From Hormiphora californensis (taxonomy: Eukaryota; Animalia; Ctenophora): a stretch of 64,000 nucleotides of DNA. The first letter of the stretch is position 1. Each line of letters begins with the position of its first letter. A model generated the notes under the pieces. The model had not been told where the DNA came from. It ran no database searches and saw nothing but the letters and a program-made list of their open reading frames with translations. The stretch covers positions 6,820,001 to 6,884,000 of the forward strand of contig CM035353.1 of NCBI GenBank assembly GCA_020137815.1. Direction: 5' to 3'. Position numbers and translations under genes: made by a program. Shown one piece after another: positions 1-14,248 of this stretch.

Positions 1-150
1 AACGTGTTGTCATCATATTGGGAAGATAGAAGAAACACGAAAGCATGATAATACCAGTTATCACTGGTAGTTTATGTTTATACAAAACCTATCAATCCAT
101 CATAAATATTAACAAATTTCAAATTCTATTTCATAACTGTCCTCAACCGC

Positions 151-3100
151 TCAAAGTGTTATAAATAACAGTAATAAACTTACTAAACCAGTACTAAAAT
201 GTACACGGAACCCAGAGCCGTCCTTCTCACTGCCCTTCACTTCTTCAGGGTTGTTCACAATTATATCATCAGAAGATTCCTCTGTTGCCATGGGGATAGG
301 CTTATCAGTGACCTCAACCATAGGCTTATCAGTGACTTCAACCATAGGCTTATCAGTGACTTCAACCATAGGCTTATCAGTGACTTCAACAATAGGCTTA
401 TCAGTGACTTCAACCATAGGCTTATCAGTGACTTCAACCATAGGCTTATCAGTGACTTGAACTTCAGGCTTATCAGTGACTTCAACCATAGGCTTATCAG
501 TGACTTCAACCATAGGTTTATCAGTGACTTCAACCATAGGCTTATCAGTGACTTCAACCACAGCCTTATCAGTGACTTCAACCATAGGCTTATCAGTGAC
601 TTCTACCATAGGCTTATCAGTGACTTCAACCATAGGCTTATCAGTGACTTCAACCATAGGCTTATCAGTGACTTCAACCACAGCCTTATCAGTGACTTCA
701 ACCATAGGCTTATCAGTGACTTCTACCATAGGCTTATCAGTGACTTCAACCATAGGCTTATCAGTGACTTCAACCATAGGCTTATCAGTGACTTCAACCA
801 TAGGTTTATCAGTGACTTCAACCATAGGTTTATCAGTTACTTCAACCACCGCCTTATCAGAGACTTCGACCATAGGTTTATCAGTTACTTCAACCACCGC
901 CTTATCAGTGACTTCAACCATAGGTTTATCAGTTACTTCAACCACCGCCTTATCAGTAACTTCAACCATAGGCTTATCAGTGACCTCAACCATAGGCTTA
1001 TCAGTGACCTCAACCACCGCCTTATCAGTGACTTCAACTTCAGGCTTATCAGTGGCTTCAACTTCAGGCTTATCAGTGACTTCAACCATAGGCTTATCAG
1101 TGACTTCAACCACCGCCTTATCAGTGACTTCAACCATAGGTTTATCAGTTACTTCAACCACCGCCTTATCAGTGACTTCAACCATAGGTTTATCAGTTAC
1201 ATCAACCACCGCCTTATCAGTGACTTCAACCATAGGCTTATCAGTGACCTCAACCACCGCCTTATCAGTGACTTCAACCATAGGCTTATCAGTGACTTCA
1301 ACCATAGGCTTATCAGTGACTTCAACTTCAGGCTTATCAGTGACTTCGACCATAGGCTTATCAGTGACTTCAACTACCGCCTTATCAGTGACTTCAACCA
1401 TAGGCTTATCAGTGACTTCAACCATAGGCTTTTCAGTGACTTCAACCATAGGTTTATCAGTTACTTCAACCACCGCCTTATAAGTGACTTCAACCATAGG
1501 TTTATCAGTGACTTCAACCATAGGTTTATCAGTTACTTCAACCACCGCCTTATCAGTGACTTCAACCATAGGTTTATCAGTGACTTCAACCATAGGTTTA
1601 TCAGTTACTTCAACCACCGCCTTATCAGTGACTTCAACCATAGGCTTATCAGTGACTTCAACCATAGGCTTTTCAGTGACTTCAACCATAGGTTTATCAG
1701 TTACTTCAACCACCGCCTTATAAGTGACTTCAACCATAGGTTTATCAGTGACTTCAACCATAGGTTTATCAGTTACTTCAACCACCGCCTTATCAGTAAC
1801 TTCAACCATAGGTTTATCAGTTACATCAACCACCGCCTTATCAGTGACTTCAACCATAGGCTTATCAGTGACCTCAACCACCGCCTTATCAGTGACTTCA
1901 ACCATAGGCTTATCAGTGACTTCAACCATAGGCTTATCAGTGACTTCAACTTCAGGCTTATCAGTGACTTCGACCATAGGCTTATCAGTGACTTCAACCA
2001 CCGCCTTATCAGTGACTTCAACCATAGGTTTATCAGTTACTTCAACCACCGCCTTATCAGTGACTTCAACCACCGCCTTATCAGTGACTTCAACCATAGG
2101 CTTATCAGTGACTTCAACCACCGCCTTATCAGTGACTTCAACCATAGGTTTATCAGTTACTTCAACCACCGCCTTATCAGTGACTTCAACCACCGCCTTA
2201 TCAGTGACTTCAACCATAGGCTTATCAGTGACCTCAACCACCGCCTTATCAGTGACTTCAACCATAGGCTTAACAGTGACTTCAACCATAGGCTTATCAG
2301 TGACTTCAACTTCAGGCTTATCAGTGACTTCGACCATAGGCTTATCAGTGACTTCAACCATAGGCTTATCAGTGACTTCAACCACCGCCTTATCAGTGAC
2401 TTCAACCATAGGTTTATCAGTGACTTCAACCATAGGCTTTTCAGTGACTTCAACCATAGGTTTATCAGTTACTTCAACCACCGCCTTATCAGTGACTTCA
2501 ACCATAGGCTTATCAGTGACCTCAACCACCGCCTTATCAGTGACTTCAACCATAGGCTTATCAGTGAATTCAACCACAGCCTTATCAGTGACTTCTACCA
2601 TAGGCTTATCAGTGACTTCAACCATAGGTTTATCAGTGACTTCAACTTCAGGCTTATCAGTGACCTCAACCACCGCCTTATCAGTGACTTCAACCATAGA
2701 TTTATCAGTGACTTCAACCATAGGCTTATCAGTGACTTCAACTTCAGGTTTATCAGTGACTTCAACCACCGCCTTATCAGTGGCTTTCTCAGTCACTACT
2801 TTGTCAATTACTGCTTTCTCTGTCGCTGATTTTTCAGTCACCTCCTTATCAGTGGTTTCAACTTCAAGTTTTTTGGTGACTTCCATTTCATCTGTGATAA
2901 CTTTTGGTTCAACAGTTGCTAATTTGAATCCATCGCTTCCTGCCACAGTTTCTGTCATCAATTTAGTCACCTCTTTTTCAGTCGCTGCTTTGTCAGTCAC
3001 TGGTTTCTGAGTGATCACTTTTTCAGTCACCCCCTTCTCGGTCATTTCTCTTTCAGTCACTTGTTTTTCAGTGGTCACTTTCTCAGTCACTGGTTTCTCG

Positions 3101-6100
3101 GTCACTGGTTTCTCGGTTACTGCTGTTTCAGTCACCACTTTTTCAGTCATCACTTTCTCGGTTGTCGGTTTCTCAGTCACTCCCTTCTCGGTCATTGGTT
3201 TTTCACTCACCTCTTTTTCAGTCACCATTTTCTCAGTCGCTGCTTTGTCAGTCACTTGTTTTTCAGTGGTCATTTTCTCAGTCACTGGTTTCTCAGTCAC
3301 TGCTTTTTCAGTCACTCCCTTCTCGGTCACTGCTTTGTCAGTCACTGCTATTTCAGTCACTTGTTTTTCAGTGGTCACTTTCTCAGTCACTGGTTTCTCA
3401 GTCACTGCTTTTTCAGTCACTCCCTTCTCGGTCACTGCTTTGTCAGTCACTGCTTTTTCAGTTACCTCTTTCTCAGCCACTGGTTTCTCGGTCACTGCTT
3501 TGTCAGTCACTGCTTTTTCAGTCACTCCCTTCTCGGTCACTGCTTTGTCAGTCACTGCTTTTTCAGTTACCTCTTTTTCAGTCACTGGTTTTTCAGTCAC
3601 TGGTTTCTCAGTCACTCCCTTCTCAGTTACTGGTTTCTCAGTCACTTGTTTTTCAGTGGTCACTTTCTCAGTCACTGGTTTCTCGGTCACTGGTTTCTCA
3701 GTCACTACTTCCAAAGTCACCACTTTTTCAGTCAAAACTTTCTCAGTCACTGGTTTGTCAGTGACAACTTTTTCAGTCACCATTTTCTCAGTCACTGCTT
3801 TTTCAGTTACTGGTTTGTCAGTCACCATTTTCTCAGTCACCACTTTGGTGGCCAGCTCCTCATCAATAGGGGGTCCAGAGGAGCCTGTTATTAGCTCCAT
3901 AGTGGGTTGGACGGTAGGGTCCGATACATCACTGTATTGTGACCCAGTTGTTGCAGTGGGGAACTCTTTTCCATTGGTTACAACTCTCCTTACATGGTAC
4001 CACACTTCGTTTACCCACACACTTTCTCAGTCACTGGTTTTTCAGATTCGGTTAAAGTTACTGTCACTTCCCCAGGATGAGGATTGGAAGTCACTGGTGT
4101 AAGACCTTGGTTGCAGTTGACTCTGCCACTGCTGCAGCCTCATCCGCGATTCTGAAAAGATTTGAGGCGGTTGGTAATTTGAATTTAAGGTTTTCAGTAC
4201 GTACCGCATATTACAGTACATCAGGAACCGATCGAATCAGGAAATACTGGTCCCTGATTGGCTGAAAACCAGTCATGTGACCTAAATTACGAGCTCTGAT
4301 TGGTTGTTTACTTGGTCCGGTCGGTTCCTGGTATATTACAGTACATGTGTGTGTGAGATGATTGTTGGGAAGCTCACAAAACACACACCCTAGGTAGCAC
4401 CCGGTGAGAAATCACAGGAAATCTGTCAACGCTTGACGATATAAGAAAACTCGTAGAGAGGGAAAGCAAGGGAGGGAAAGAGAGGGAAAGCGGAAAGAGA
4501 GGGAAAGAAAAGAAGAGGGAGAGGAAACGGAAAGAGAGGGAAAGCGAGGGAGGGAAAGAGAGGGAGGAGAGGGAAAGAAAAGGAGAGGGAGAGGAAACGG
4601 AAAGAGAGGGAAAGAAAAGGAGAGGGAGAGGAAACGGAAAGAGAGTATTTGCTGGACCCATACAAACTAGCCTTCAATTTTAACATCCCATAGTATGTAT
4701 GAATTTGTTAAAAATTCCCAGTAAATCTAACTCATACACGTAGGAATTTCTCAAAGCAAATGAAGTTGGATGGAACTGATTTCAGAAAGTAACCTATAAA
4801 TGACGGTGCGATTGCAGTTAAATGTGGACCCGATATCTGCAGCTGCAAGTGTAGTATAATACCTGAGGTGGGTACTAGGACAAGTGTAGTCGAGGCCTCA
4901 TCCGCCTCCTCCTTCTCGGAGTGGACTGCTGGTAATGTAACCACTGGACCGGGAGTTGGCTTGGTAGGGGTGGGATGGGCCGTGGAGGTAGCAAGAGGAT
5001 CACTCGGCCCGGTAACTGTAATATAGGTCAAATTAGAACTGAAAACTCATTTCATAATTAACTTATTGGTTACTATTATAATTGGTGAACTATGTGAACA
5101 TATTACCTTCAGGGAGAGTTAGTGGAACGATATCATCTCCATAATCCCCTGTCGTTGTATCACCCTCTTTACCGGTGTCTGTACCCTTTGACGATGTAAC
5201 CTTGTCAGTCACTACCTTATCAGTGGTGACAAGTCCATCTGGTCCTAAAGTCACTACGTGGTTTGATTCAGTGGACCCTGTAATTAGTTCCAACGTTGGT
5301 TCAGGCTCAGTAGAGAGATTCACAGTGACAGCTTTCAACTCCGGTATAGTTGGGATCCATTTCATCTTTAGTAGTTACGACATTCTCTACATGATCTCGG
5401 TGAGTTTGCTCGTGCCCAGCTCCTCATCAATAGGGGGTCCAGAGGAGCCTGTTATTAGCTCCATAGTGGGTTGGACGGTAGGGTCCGATACAACACCGTA
5501 TTGTGACCCAGTTGTTGCAGTGGGGAACTCTTTTCCATTGGTTACAACTCCTTCTGTTACCATGGTTACCACAACTTTCTCAGTCACTTGATCAGGGATA
5601 TCATCAGTTTTCCCATTGACCCAGATAGTGCTGCTTGGAGTACCTTTAGATACCACTTCACCAGTAGTAGGAGTAATTTGAGTAGTTCCCGATCTAGTTT
5701 GCTCAGATTCGGTAGTTAGATCTGCAGTTTCACCGGCTGGCTTTGAGTTGGTAGCAGGTTCCATTTCAGTTTTGTAATGATAGCTTGGTGTCACGGATTC
5801 CTGTTCCCATATAGTGGCACTTGCCGTCTCCTTGCTGAGAGTCTTATAATGGTAAGAAGTTGAAACTTCGCCACTGATTGTCGAGGGGTCCTCCGTCCCT
5901 GAACTGAGAGTTTTAAACCGTGCTTCTGTGACACTTGGTGTGACTGAAGGTGTTGCAGAGATAGTTTCTGTTACAGTAACACCCGGTCTAGTGTGGAGGG
6001 TACTGGAGACTGGGCGTCGTCGTCGGTTTGTGGTTTCTTTTTCAACGGTTGAGCTGTGAATTGTGGCTCGGTACGGTGTTGTTTCGCGACTCTTGGTCGT

Positions 6101-7862
6101 TGAAGGATCTGCAGTAAGGTGTTCAGTGGTTGAAGGATCTGCAGTTTGGTGTTCGGTGGTTGAAAGACCTGCAGAATGGTGTTCAGTGGTTGAAGGACCT
6201 GCAGTTTGGTGCTCAGTGGTTGAAGGATCGGTTCGGACTTCAGTGGTCAAAGATGGATGGGTTTCGAAACTGGTTGAAGGATCGGTAGGTCTACCAGTAG
6301 TAGTTGTTGAAGGATCAGTAGTGGTTGAATCTTCACTGCTCAGTGTCACCCATTTCTCAGAAACACTAGGTGTCTTGCTCCTAACTGCCCCCCGACTAAG
6401 AGTTTCATAATGGTAAGATGTTGCTTGCTCTCCGGCGGTGCTAAATGTATCGGCTGCATCACTTAATGTCACCACTCTCTCACCGATACTTCCACTTCCC
6501 GTTTGTATAACTGATCCAGAATGGGTTTTGTAATGGTAAGATGTTGTGATTGCAGGGCGGCCAGTTGCATCAACATCATCATCAGTGATCACTGTCTCCA
6601 TACCTCTTGATTCATGTCCCTCGGAGCTATCTCTGATTTGTTCGGTAACCCGTGCAGCAGTGGACCTGAGACCTGTAGTTTTACTCTCTGTGGTAGGTCT
6701 GGCATCAGTAGTTGTATCCGATACCTCTCCATCCCAGGGGTTGTTCCAATCGGGACTTGTCGCTAAAACACCACCACCATCATCGGTAACCATGGTAACC
6801 ACAACAACTCCATCTTCACTGGTAACGACTTCCTTGGGTTGATCACTATCAGCTGATGTCGTGACCAGTTCCCTTTCTTGGTGCACTGTGGAAGGTGGTT
6901 CAGAAGAGTCCAGCTCTCGACCCTCTGTTGTTGAAACTGGACCTCTGATCTCTGTCGTGATGTTGGAACTTAGTTCCCGCTCGGGATCAGGGTTAGTGGT
7001 GGAGATTTCTCGACTCTCTACTGTAGTAGCAGTAACTCGTGCCTCCCTGGCCTCTGTGTTAGTATCCGTGCTGAGAGAACTATCCTTCAACTCACCATTA
7101 GAAGACCCGGTGATGGTACTTCTAGTAGCAAGAGAACTGTCCTCCTCCTTATCACTAGAAGCAGCAGTGGTGCGATGGAAGTAGGAGGTTGGGACTGTCT
7201 GGTGTAGGGAGGAGGGAGGGGCTGTTCCACCTTCATTCACACCTACTGATGGTGGACTGCTCTCATGGCCCTGATCTTCTGTTACTGGTTCCGTTGTGTA
7301 CCCCTCTGTGGGAGGGGAGCTTGCCAGATCTTCCTCGAGCTTCTCAGTAGCAGTTGCTGTGGTAACCGCACCTGAATGGAGAATGGAGTGGTTTATGAAC
7401 GAGTCATACGATAGGATCATGAACGGTTCTGAGCTGATATATCCTTCAAGTTTCTAAGTTTGGTTTACTATCTTCTGCACGGTGCACCTATCTGCTATAA
7501 TAACATATCTGATATCCTATCTTGTGGAGATGATTCACGTACTGCGTATATGGGTGGTAGCACTGGGAGGGAAAGTTAGTTCGTCTAGACACCCACTAGT
7601 CTTCCCGTTCCTGCACATATCTCTCTTGACTGGGTCGTGGGAAAGAAGGAATGTATTATATCAGTCGAGACGAATCAGCAACAGCATAACTATCATACGA
7701 GAACCGAGACAAGAATTATCATGGGTAGACTGGTTACAGGAACCGATCTGAATACGTGACGCTTACCATGGCACGTACGTACGCAAAGCTGAGGTGAAAT
7801 TTATTTCATATTTGGAGGCTTACCTCTTTCTTCGATGTATCTTCCTGATACTGGTGTAACTG
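151..7862 (-). CDS. Large multi-exon mucin-like acidic Thr/Val/Glu/Lys-repeat protein with C-terminal hydrophobic tail (GPI signal or TM); 5' end not located
   Basis: ORFs 151-4020, 4732-5031, 5090-5365 and 5387-7420 share S/T/E/V-rich composition. Splice-bounded exons are about 151-4151, 4863-5012 and 5107-7371, with probable small exons near 7540-7610 and 7823-7860. The protein ends GSGFRVHFSTGLVSLLLLFITL. Apparent frameshifts near 3990-4100 and 5355-5395 look like indel errors. Confidence 0.75.
297..2780 (-). repeat. Coding 24-bp tandem array (~100 copies) encoding EVTDKPMV/EVTDKAVV
   Basis: Unit ttcaaccataggcttatcagtgac; a variant block recurs at 240 bp (10 units), e.g. gccttataag at ~1475 and ~1715. 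Confidence 0.95.
2985..3845 (-). repeat. Coding 15-bp tandem array encoding VTEKx pentapeptides
   Basis: Unit tttctcagtcactgg and variants; translation VTEKP/VTEKA/VTDKA. Confidence 0.9.
4222..4330. mobile_element. 109-bp MITE, hAT-like (copy 1)
   Basis: TIR caggaaccga...tcggttcctg; near-identical copies at 30059-30167 and 31478-31586. Confidence 0.85.
4455..4644. repeat. Purine-rich low-complexity repeat (intronic)
   Basis: Repeated gagggaaaga/ggaaacggaaagaga units. Confidence 0.85.
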
Positions 7863-7980
7863 CTAGTAGTGCCAATAATACCACCGAGTGGAGCATGCAT
7901 TGCGTTCAGTATTATAGCTCAGTCTAGCCGTGAATATATTCTACTGAAAAGCATAGGTGGTATAATTCAAATTTTATATA

Positions 7981-8047
7981 CAGTCATACCTCGATTTAAC
8001 GGCACCCTCGGGGGAAAGGGTTTTGTCCGTTACATCGGGGTCCGACT
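7981..8047. mobile_element. Degenerate short Tc1/pogo-like MITE related to 31066-31237
   Basis: ta|cagtcatacctcgattta...atcggggtccgact; shares ctcgggggaaaggg core with the 31066 element. Confidence 0.6.
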
Positions 8048-8436
8048 TTACTTATAGTTTAGCAGTTAACCGTCACAACAGCCGTGCTCATATAGTTTGT
8101 TCGAGAACCACACGTGGTACGAAACAGCTTTACAATATTGCCATTTGGATTACCTGCGCAGTGTTAAAACCAAAATGGTACAATATGGTTCGAATTGGAG
8201 ACTCACATCACTAAAGAATGCAGACGCAATACTATTTAATTAATTAATTAATATAAATTAATAATATGAAGTACATAGACCAATTGTATAAACGATATAA
8301 TAGCATCAGCAAGGTACATGCTTTACGTCAATTTGACTCGACTTACAAAAGTTAAAAGATGATGACATAAATAGAGTGATCAAAGCTATAAGCTCAGTCA
8401 TGGTAGGGTTTCTCCCTTCCGTCTCTTCCTGCTTTT

Positions 8437-8740
<304 letters not shown>

Positions 8741-9499
8741 CCATCTCTCTTTTGATATATCCTTATAGGCAACTATAGCGAAAGAGGCGTATGCCGCGAG
8801 GATGACTTCAGATATTGTCTTGTCACGTAAAGGGCGTTAAAGAGATATGGATCACAGTCTCATATCATCTCGATAAGCGATATCAATTCGATATTTAAAC
8901 TGAGCTACTTTAATCAAAATTATGGGCTTCGAAGCTGAATCTCTTTACTATAGTAATCAAGCGCTTCATTACTATAGAAGTAAAGAGATTCAGCCATGGC
9001 CAGAGGCATGGGCGCGTGAATGGGTCCGGTGTGAGAGCTGATAGACGAGGAACATGTCAAAGCGTTAGGAAGGTAATATCCGTGTAAATCTAGCAGTTAC
9101 ACGACATGGAACATGCAGTCCCTGAAATATTGGCAGTCACTGCACTGGCAAGTGCCCCGGGGCCCATCCACCCCCCCCCCCCCTCCAAGAAAGCAAGAAA
9201 GATGCGAGGGGCCGTTCAGCCCCGAAGCTAGAGAGAGAGAAAGAAATAGAGAGAAAGAAAGAATGACGAATGTGTGTGAAGTAGGGGGCGCGAAGCCTCT
9301 AAAGTGCACACTCTCCCTTCACTCCCCCAGTGCAGTACCATACGAACGCGATGAGACCGGATTTCGGGATCAAATTACACAAGCATGCAGTTGAGCTAGA
9401 GTTTTGAAACTTGGTATCCAGCTTTCCTTTTACTATCACTTCTGGCATCCAAAGTTACAGACTGATAGGAGCTAAGATGCCGAAACGGTAGGGGTGTCA

Positions 9500-12400
9500 A
9501 ATCCGGGTATAAAAGTGTCGTCTATATATATCAGGGTGTGAACTGCATGTCGTGTTTGCTAGTCGCGAGCGCACTTGCGAGACAAGCAAACACGTCAAGG
9601 TTCATTATCAAGCATGCTGCTCAGTCATTTTAGATTTAATACACAATGTAAGGATACCATGTAATAGGTGAGACTCTTTCCGTCACCCTCGTTCAAGTCC
9701 CGTGAAAAACGGAGCAGTACACGCAAACTGATGCCCATTTTCCTCGCGTGACCCCGATTCAGCAGTTTGAGACACCAACTCTTTAGGGGGCCATATCTCA
9801 GGAACCAGACAAGATAGGAAAAATCGCCGTCTAATGAGGCGTACAGTTTTTAATCTAGTTTACCACTGTACCGGCCGTTTCACTCTCCGACCTAAAACAA
9901 AAATCGCAACCCCACAAAACTTCAAAATAATGAAATTCGCATCTCGCATGTCGTGTTGCATGTCGTGTTGCATGTCGTGTCATGTTATTGACGCGCTCGC
10001 GTTCAACTCTCACACAGCAGCTGCAGAACATGGCGGGAAACATCGAGGAGTAGAGAGAGGGTCGGTGCCGAATCAAATATTTCTTGATCTTGATCTACTC
10101 CATCTCTCAGCTATCCTACCCCTCATCAACTCGATCTCTCAGCTACCCTACCCCTCATTTACTCCATCTTTCAGCTACCCTACCCCTCATCAACTCCATC
10201 TTTCAGCTACCCTACCCCTTATCTAGTCCATCTCTCAGCTACCCTACTCCTCATCTACTCCATCTCTCAGCTTCCCTATTAGGGAAGCATAGAGATGGAA
10301 ACGATTAGGGGTAGGGAATCCCTATCCATAATCGTTTCCATCTCTATGCTTCCCTAGCCCTCATCAACTCCATCTTTCAGCTACCCTACCCCTAATCTAG
10401 TCCATCTCTCCGCTACCCTACTCCTCATCTACTCCATCTCTCAGCTACCCTACCTCCCATTTACTCCATCTCTCAGCTTCCCTACCTCCCATTTACTCCA
10501 TCTCTCAGCTTACCTACCTCCCATTTACTCAATATCTCAGCTTCCCTACCTGCCATTTACTCCATCTTTCAGATACCCTACCTCCCATTTACTCCATCTC
10601 TCAGCTTACCTACCTCCCATTTACTCCATCTCTCAGCTTACCTACCTTCCATTTACTCCATCTCTCAGCTTCCCTACCTCCCATTTACTCCATCCCTCAG
10701 CTTCCCTACCTCCCATTTACTCCATCCCTGCCTCCCATTTACTCCATCTCTCAGCTACCCTACCTCCCATTTACTCCATCCCTGCCTCCCATTTACTCCA
10801 TCTCTCAGCTTCCCTACCTCCCATTTACTCCATCCCTCAGCTACCCTACCTCCCATTTGATCCATCTCTCAGCTTCCCTACCTCCCATTTACTCCATTTC
10901 TCAGCTTCCCTACCTCTCAATTACTTACTCCATCTCTCAGCTTCCCTACCTCCCATTTACTCCATCTCTCAGCTTCCCTACCTCTCATTTAGTACTCCAT
11001 CTCTCAGCTACCCTACCTCCCATTTACTCCATCTCTCAGCTTCCCTACCTCCCATTTACTCCATCTCTCAGCTACCCTACCTCCCATTTACTCCATCTCT
11101 CAGCTTCGCTACCTCCCATTTACTCCATCTCTCAGCTACCTTACCTTCCATTTACTCCATCTCTCAGCTTCCCTTCCTCCCATTTACTCCATCTCTCAGC
11201 TACCCTACCTCCCATTTACTCCATCTCTCAGCTTCCCTACCTCCCATTTACTCCATCTCTCAGCTACCCTACCTCCCATTTACTCCATCTCTCAGCTACC
11301 CTACCTCCCATTTACTCCATCTCTCAGCTTCCCTACCTCCTATTTACTCCATCTCTCAGCTACCTTACCTTCCATTTACTCCATCTCTCAGCTTCCCTAC
11401 CTCCCATTTACTCCATCTCTCAGCTACCCTACCTCCCAATTACTCCATCTCTCAGCTTCCCTACCTCCCATTTACTCCATCTCTCAGCTTCTCTACCTCC
11501 CATTTACTCCATCTCTCAGGGGTAGGAATGTTTGGATAAATGAGAGATGGAGTAAATGGGAGGTAGGGAAGCTGAGAGATGGAGTAAATGGGAGGTAGGG
11601 AAGCTGAGCTACCTCCCATTTACTCCATCCCTCAGCTACCCTACCTCCCATTTACTCCATCTCTCAGCTTCCCTACCTCCCATTTACTCCATTTCTCAGC
11701 TTCCCTACCTCTCAATTACTTACTCCATCTCTCAGCTTCCCTACCTCCCATTTACTCCATCTCTCAGCTTCCCTACCTCTCATTTAGTACTCCATCTCTC
11801 AGCTACCCTACCTCCCATTTACTCCATCTCTCAACTTCCCTACCTCCCATTTACTCCATCTCTCAGCTACCCTACCTCCCATTTACTCCATCTCTCAGCT
11901 TCGCTACCTCCCATTTACTCCATCTCTCAGCTACCTTACCTTCCATTTACTCCATCTCTCAGCTTCCCTACCTCCCATTTACTCCATCCCTCAGCTTCCC
12001 TACCTCCCATTTACTCCATCCCTGCCTCCCATTTACTCCATCTCTCAGCTACCCTACCTCCCATTTACTCCATCCCTGCCTCCCATTTACTCCATCTCTC
12101 AGCTTCCCTACCTCCCATTTACTCCATCTTTCAGCTTCCCTACCTCCCACTTACTCCATCGCTTACCTTCCCTACCTCCCATTTACTCCATCTCTCAGCT
12201 TCCCTACCTCCCATTTACTCCATCTCTCAGCTTCCCTACCTCCCATTTACTCCATCTCTCATTTATCCAAACATTCCTACCCCTGAGAGATGGAGTAAAT
12301 GGGAGGTAGAGAAGCTGAGAGATGGAGTAAATGGGAGGTAGTGTAGGGAAGCTGAGAGGAGATAATTGGAGGTAGGGTAGTGGAGATGAGTAAATGGAGG

Positions 12401-13800
12401 TAGGGTAAGCTGAGAGATGGAGTAAATGGTTAAGGTAAGGTAGCTGAGAGATGGAGTAAAAGGAGGTAGCGGAAGATGAGAGATGAATAAATGGGAGGTA
12501 GGGTAGCTGAGAGATGGAGTAAATGGGAGGTAGGGTAGCTGAGAGATGGAGTAAATGGAGCGGTAGGGAGTGAGAGATGGAAAAGTAAATGGGAGGTAGG
12601 TAGCTGAGAGATGAGAAGGTAAATGGAGGAAAGGGAAGCTGAGAGATTGGAGTAAATGGAAGGTAAGGTAGCCTGAGAGATGGAGTAAATGGGAGGTAGC
12701 GAGCTGAGAGATGGAGTAAATGGGAGGAGGGTAGCTGAGAGAGGCGTAAATGGGAGGTAGGGGAAGTTGAGCTATGGAGTAAATGGGCGGAGGTAGGGTA
12801 GCGAGAGATGGAGTACTAAATCAGAGGTAGGGAAGCTGAGAGATGGAGTAAATGGGAGAGTAGAGAAGCTGAGAGATGGAGTAGATGAGGAGCTAGGGTA
12901 GCGGAGAGATGGACTAGCAATTAGGGTAGGGTAGTGAAAGATGGAGTTGATGAGGGCCCACTAGGTGAAGATAGAGATGCGAAACGATTATGGAGAGGGA
13001 TTCCCTACCCCTAATCTTCATCTCTATGCGTTCCCTAATAGGAAGCGAGAGATGGAGTAGATGAGGAGTTAGGGTAGCTAGATGGACTAGATAAGAGGGT
13101 AGGTACTGAAAGATGAGGTGATGAGGGGTAGGGTAGCTGAAGATGGAGTAAATGAGGGGTAGGGTAGTGAGAGATCGAGTTGATGAGGGTCCGGATAGCT
13201 GAGAGAGATGATCAAGATCAAGAAATATTTGATTTCGGCACGACCCTCTCTATACTCCTCGATGTTTCCCGCCATGATCTGCAGTGCTGTGTGAGAGTTT
13301 GACGCGAGCGCGTCAATAACATGACACGACATGCAACACGACATTCAACACGACATGCGATGATGCGAATTTCATTATTTTAAGGTTTTCGGGTTGCGAT
13401 TTTTGTTTGAGGTCGGAGAGTGACAACGCGGTTACAGTGTTGTAAACTAATTAAAAACTGTACGGCCTCCATTAGACGGCGATGTTTCCTATCTTGCGTT
13501 CCTGAGATATGGCCCCCTAAAGAGTTGGTGTTCAAAATGCTGAATCGGGGTCAGGTCACGCGAGGAAACATGCGGATCGTTTGCGTGTACCCTGCTGCCG
13601 TTTTTCACGGACTTTGAAACGAGGGTTGCGGAAAGAGTCCACACTATTACATTGGTATTCCTACATGTGTATTAAAGCTAAAATGACTGAGCAGCATGCT
13701 CTGATAAGAACCTTGACGTGTTGCTTGTCTCGCAAGGTGCGCGCGCGACTAGCAAACACACATGCAGTTCCACTGTATATTATACACGACCAAATCCCGG
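9500..13800. mobile_element. Foldback-like giant inverted repeat with internal 32-bp minisatellite
   Basis: Unique sequence 9535-10400 is the reverse complement of ~12880-13770 (e.g. tttgctagtcgcgagcgcacttgcgagacaagcaa vs ttgcttgtctcgcaaggtgcgcgcgcgactagcaaa). The minisatellite flips orientation. The right arm is indel-rich. Confidence 0.7.
10095..13205. repeat. 32-bp minisatellite ctccatctctcagcttccctacctcccattta, in both orientations
   Basis: 32-aa periodicity in the spurious ORFs. Forward at 10095-11518 and 11609-12260, reverse at 11541-11608 and 12283-13205. Confidence 0.95.
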
Positions 13801-14248
13801 GAGCTTAGCTCTTGAAACCGGTTATTAAAGTACAAAGTGGAAATTTTTGTGGAGTCATAGTCCTCGATAGGGAGCGTGTTAATCAGGATAATTTTTCGTT
13901 CTCATACAACCTTAATAAGACCTAATTATGCCCTAATTAAATATGCATTTCCACCTAATCTCCGGATGGGTAGTGGGTGGTCGGAGAGACTTCTTTATAG
14001 CTCATCCGACCCCGAAAACAGCGATTTATGGGGTCGTTTCCCGAACAAAAAGTCGTATCTCGCACCCTTCTGGATTTATTCACATATTTATGATTAATAC
14101 AATCATTACGCTGAATGGCTTGATACTATAAACTTGAATTGGTGTTTGAGTAAAAGATCGAAGTATGCTTGCAGCAGATTACAAAAAAGAGAAAAATCAT
14201 ACAAAAAGAGAGAGAAGGAAAATAGTACCAAAAACCATTCAAATTGGT

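Noticed and set aside
297-2780. CRISPR-like regular repeats
   Set aside because: Head-to-tail units without unique spacers, in-frame coding, eukaryotic context, no cas genes. The same applies to the 29- and 32-bp arrays.
199-4102. Long + strand ORFs (HRLISDFN, TSTIGLSV, VTGFS repeats)
   Set aside because: Antisense or alternative-frame shadows of the stop-poor coding repeats of the - strand mucin-like gene.
10857-12341. 222-261 aa Pro/Ser/Leu ORFs
   Set aside because: Open frames through the 32-bp minisatellite.
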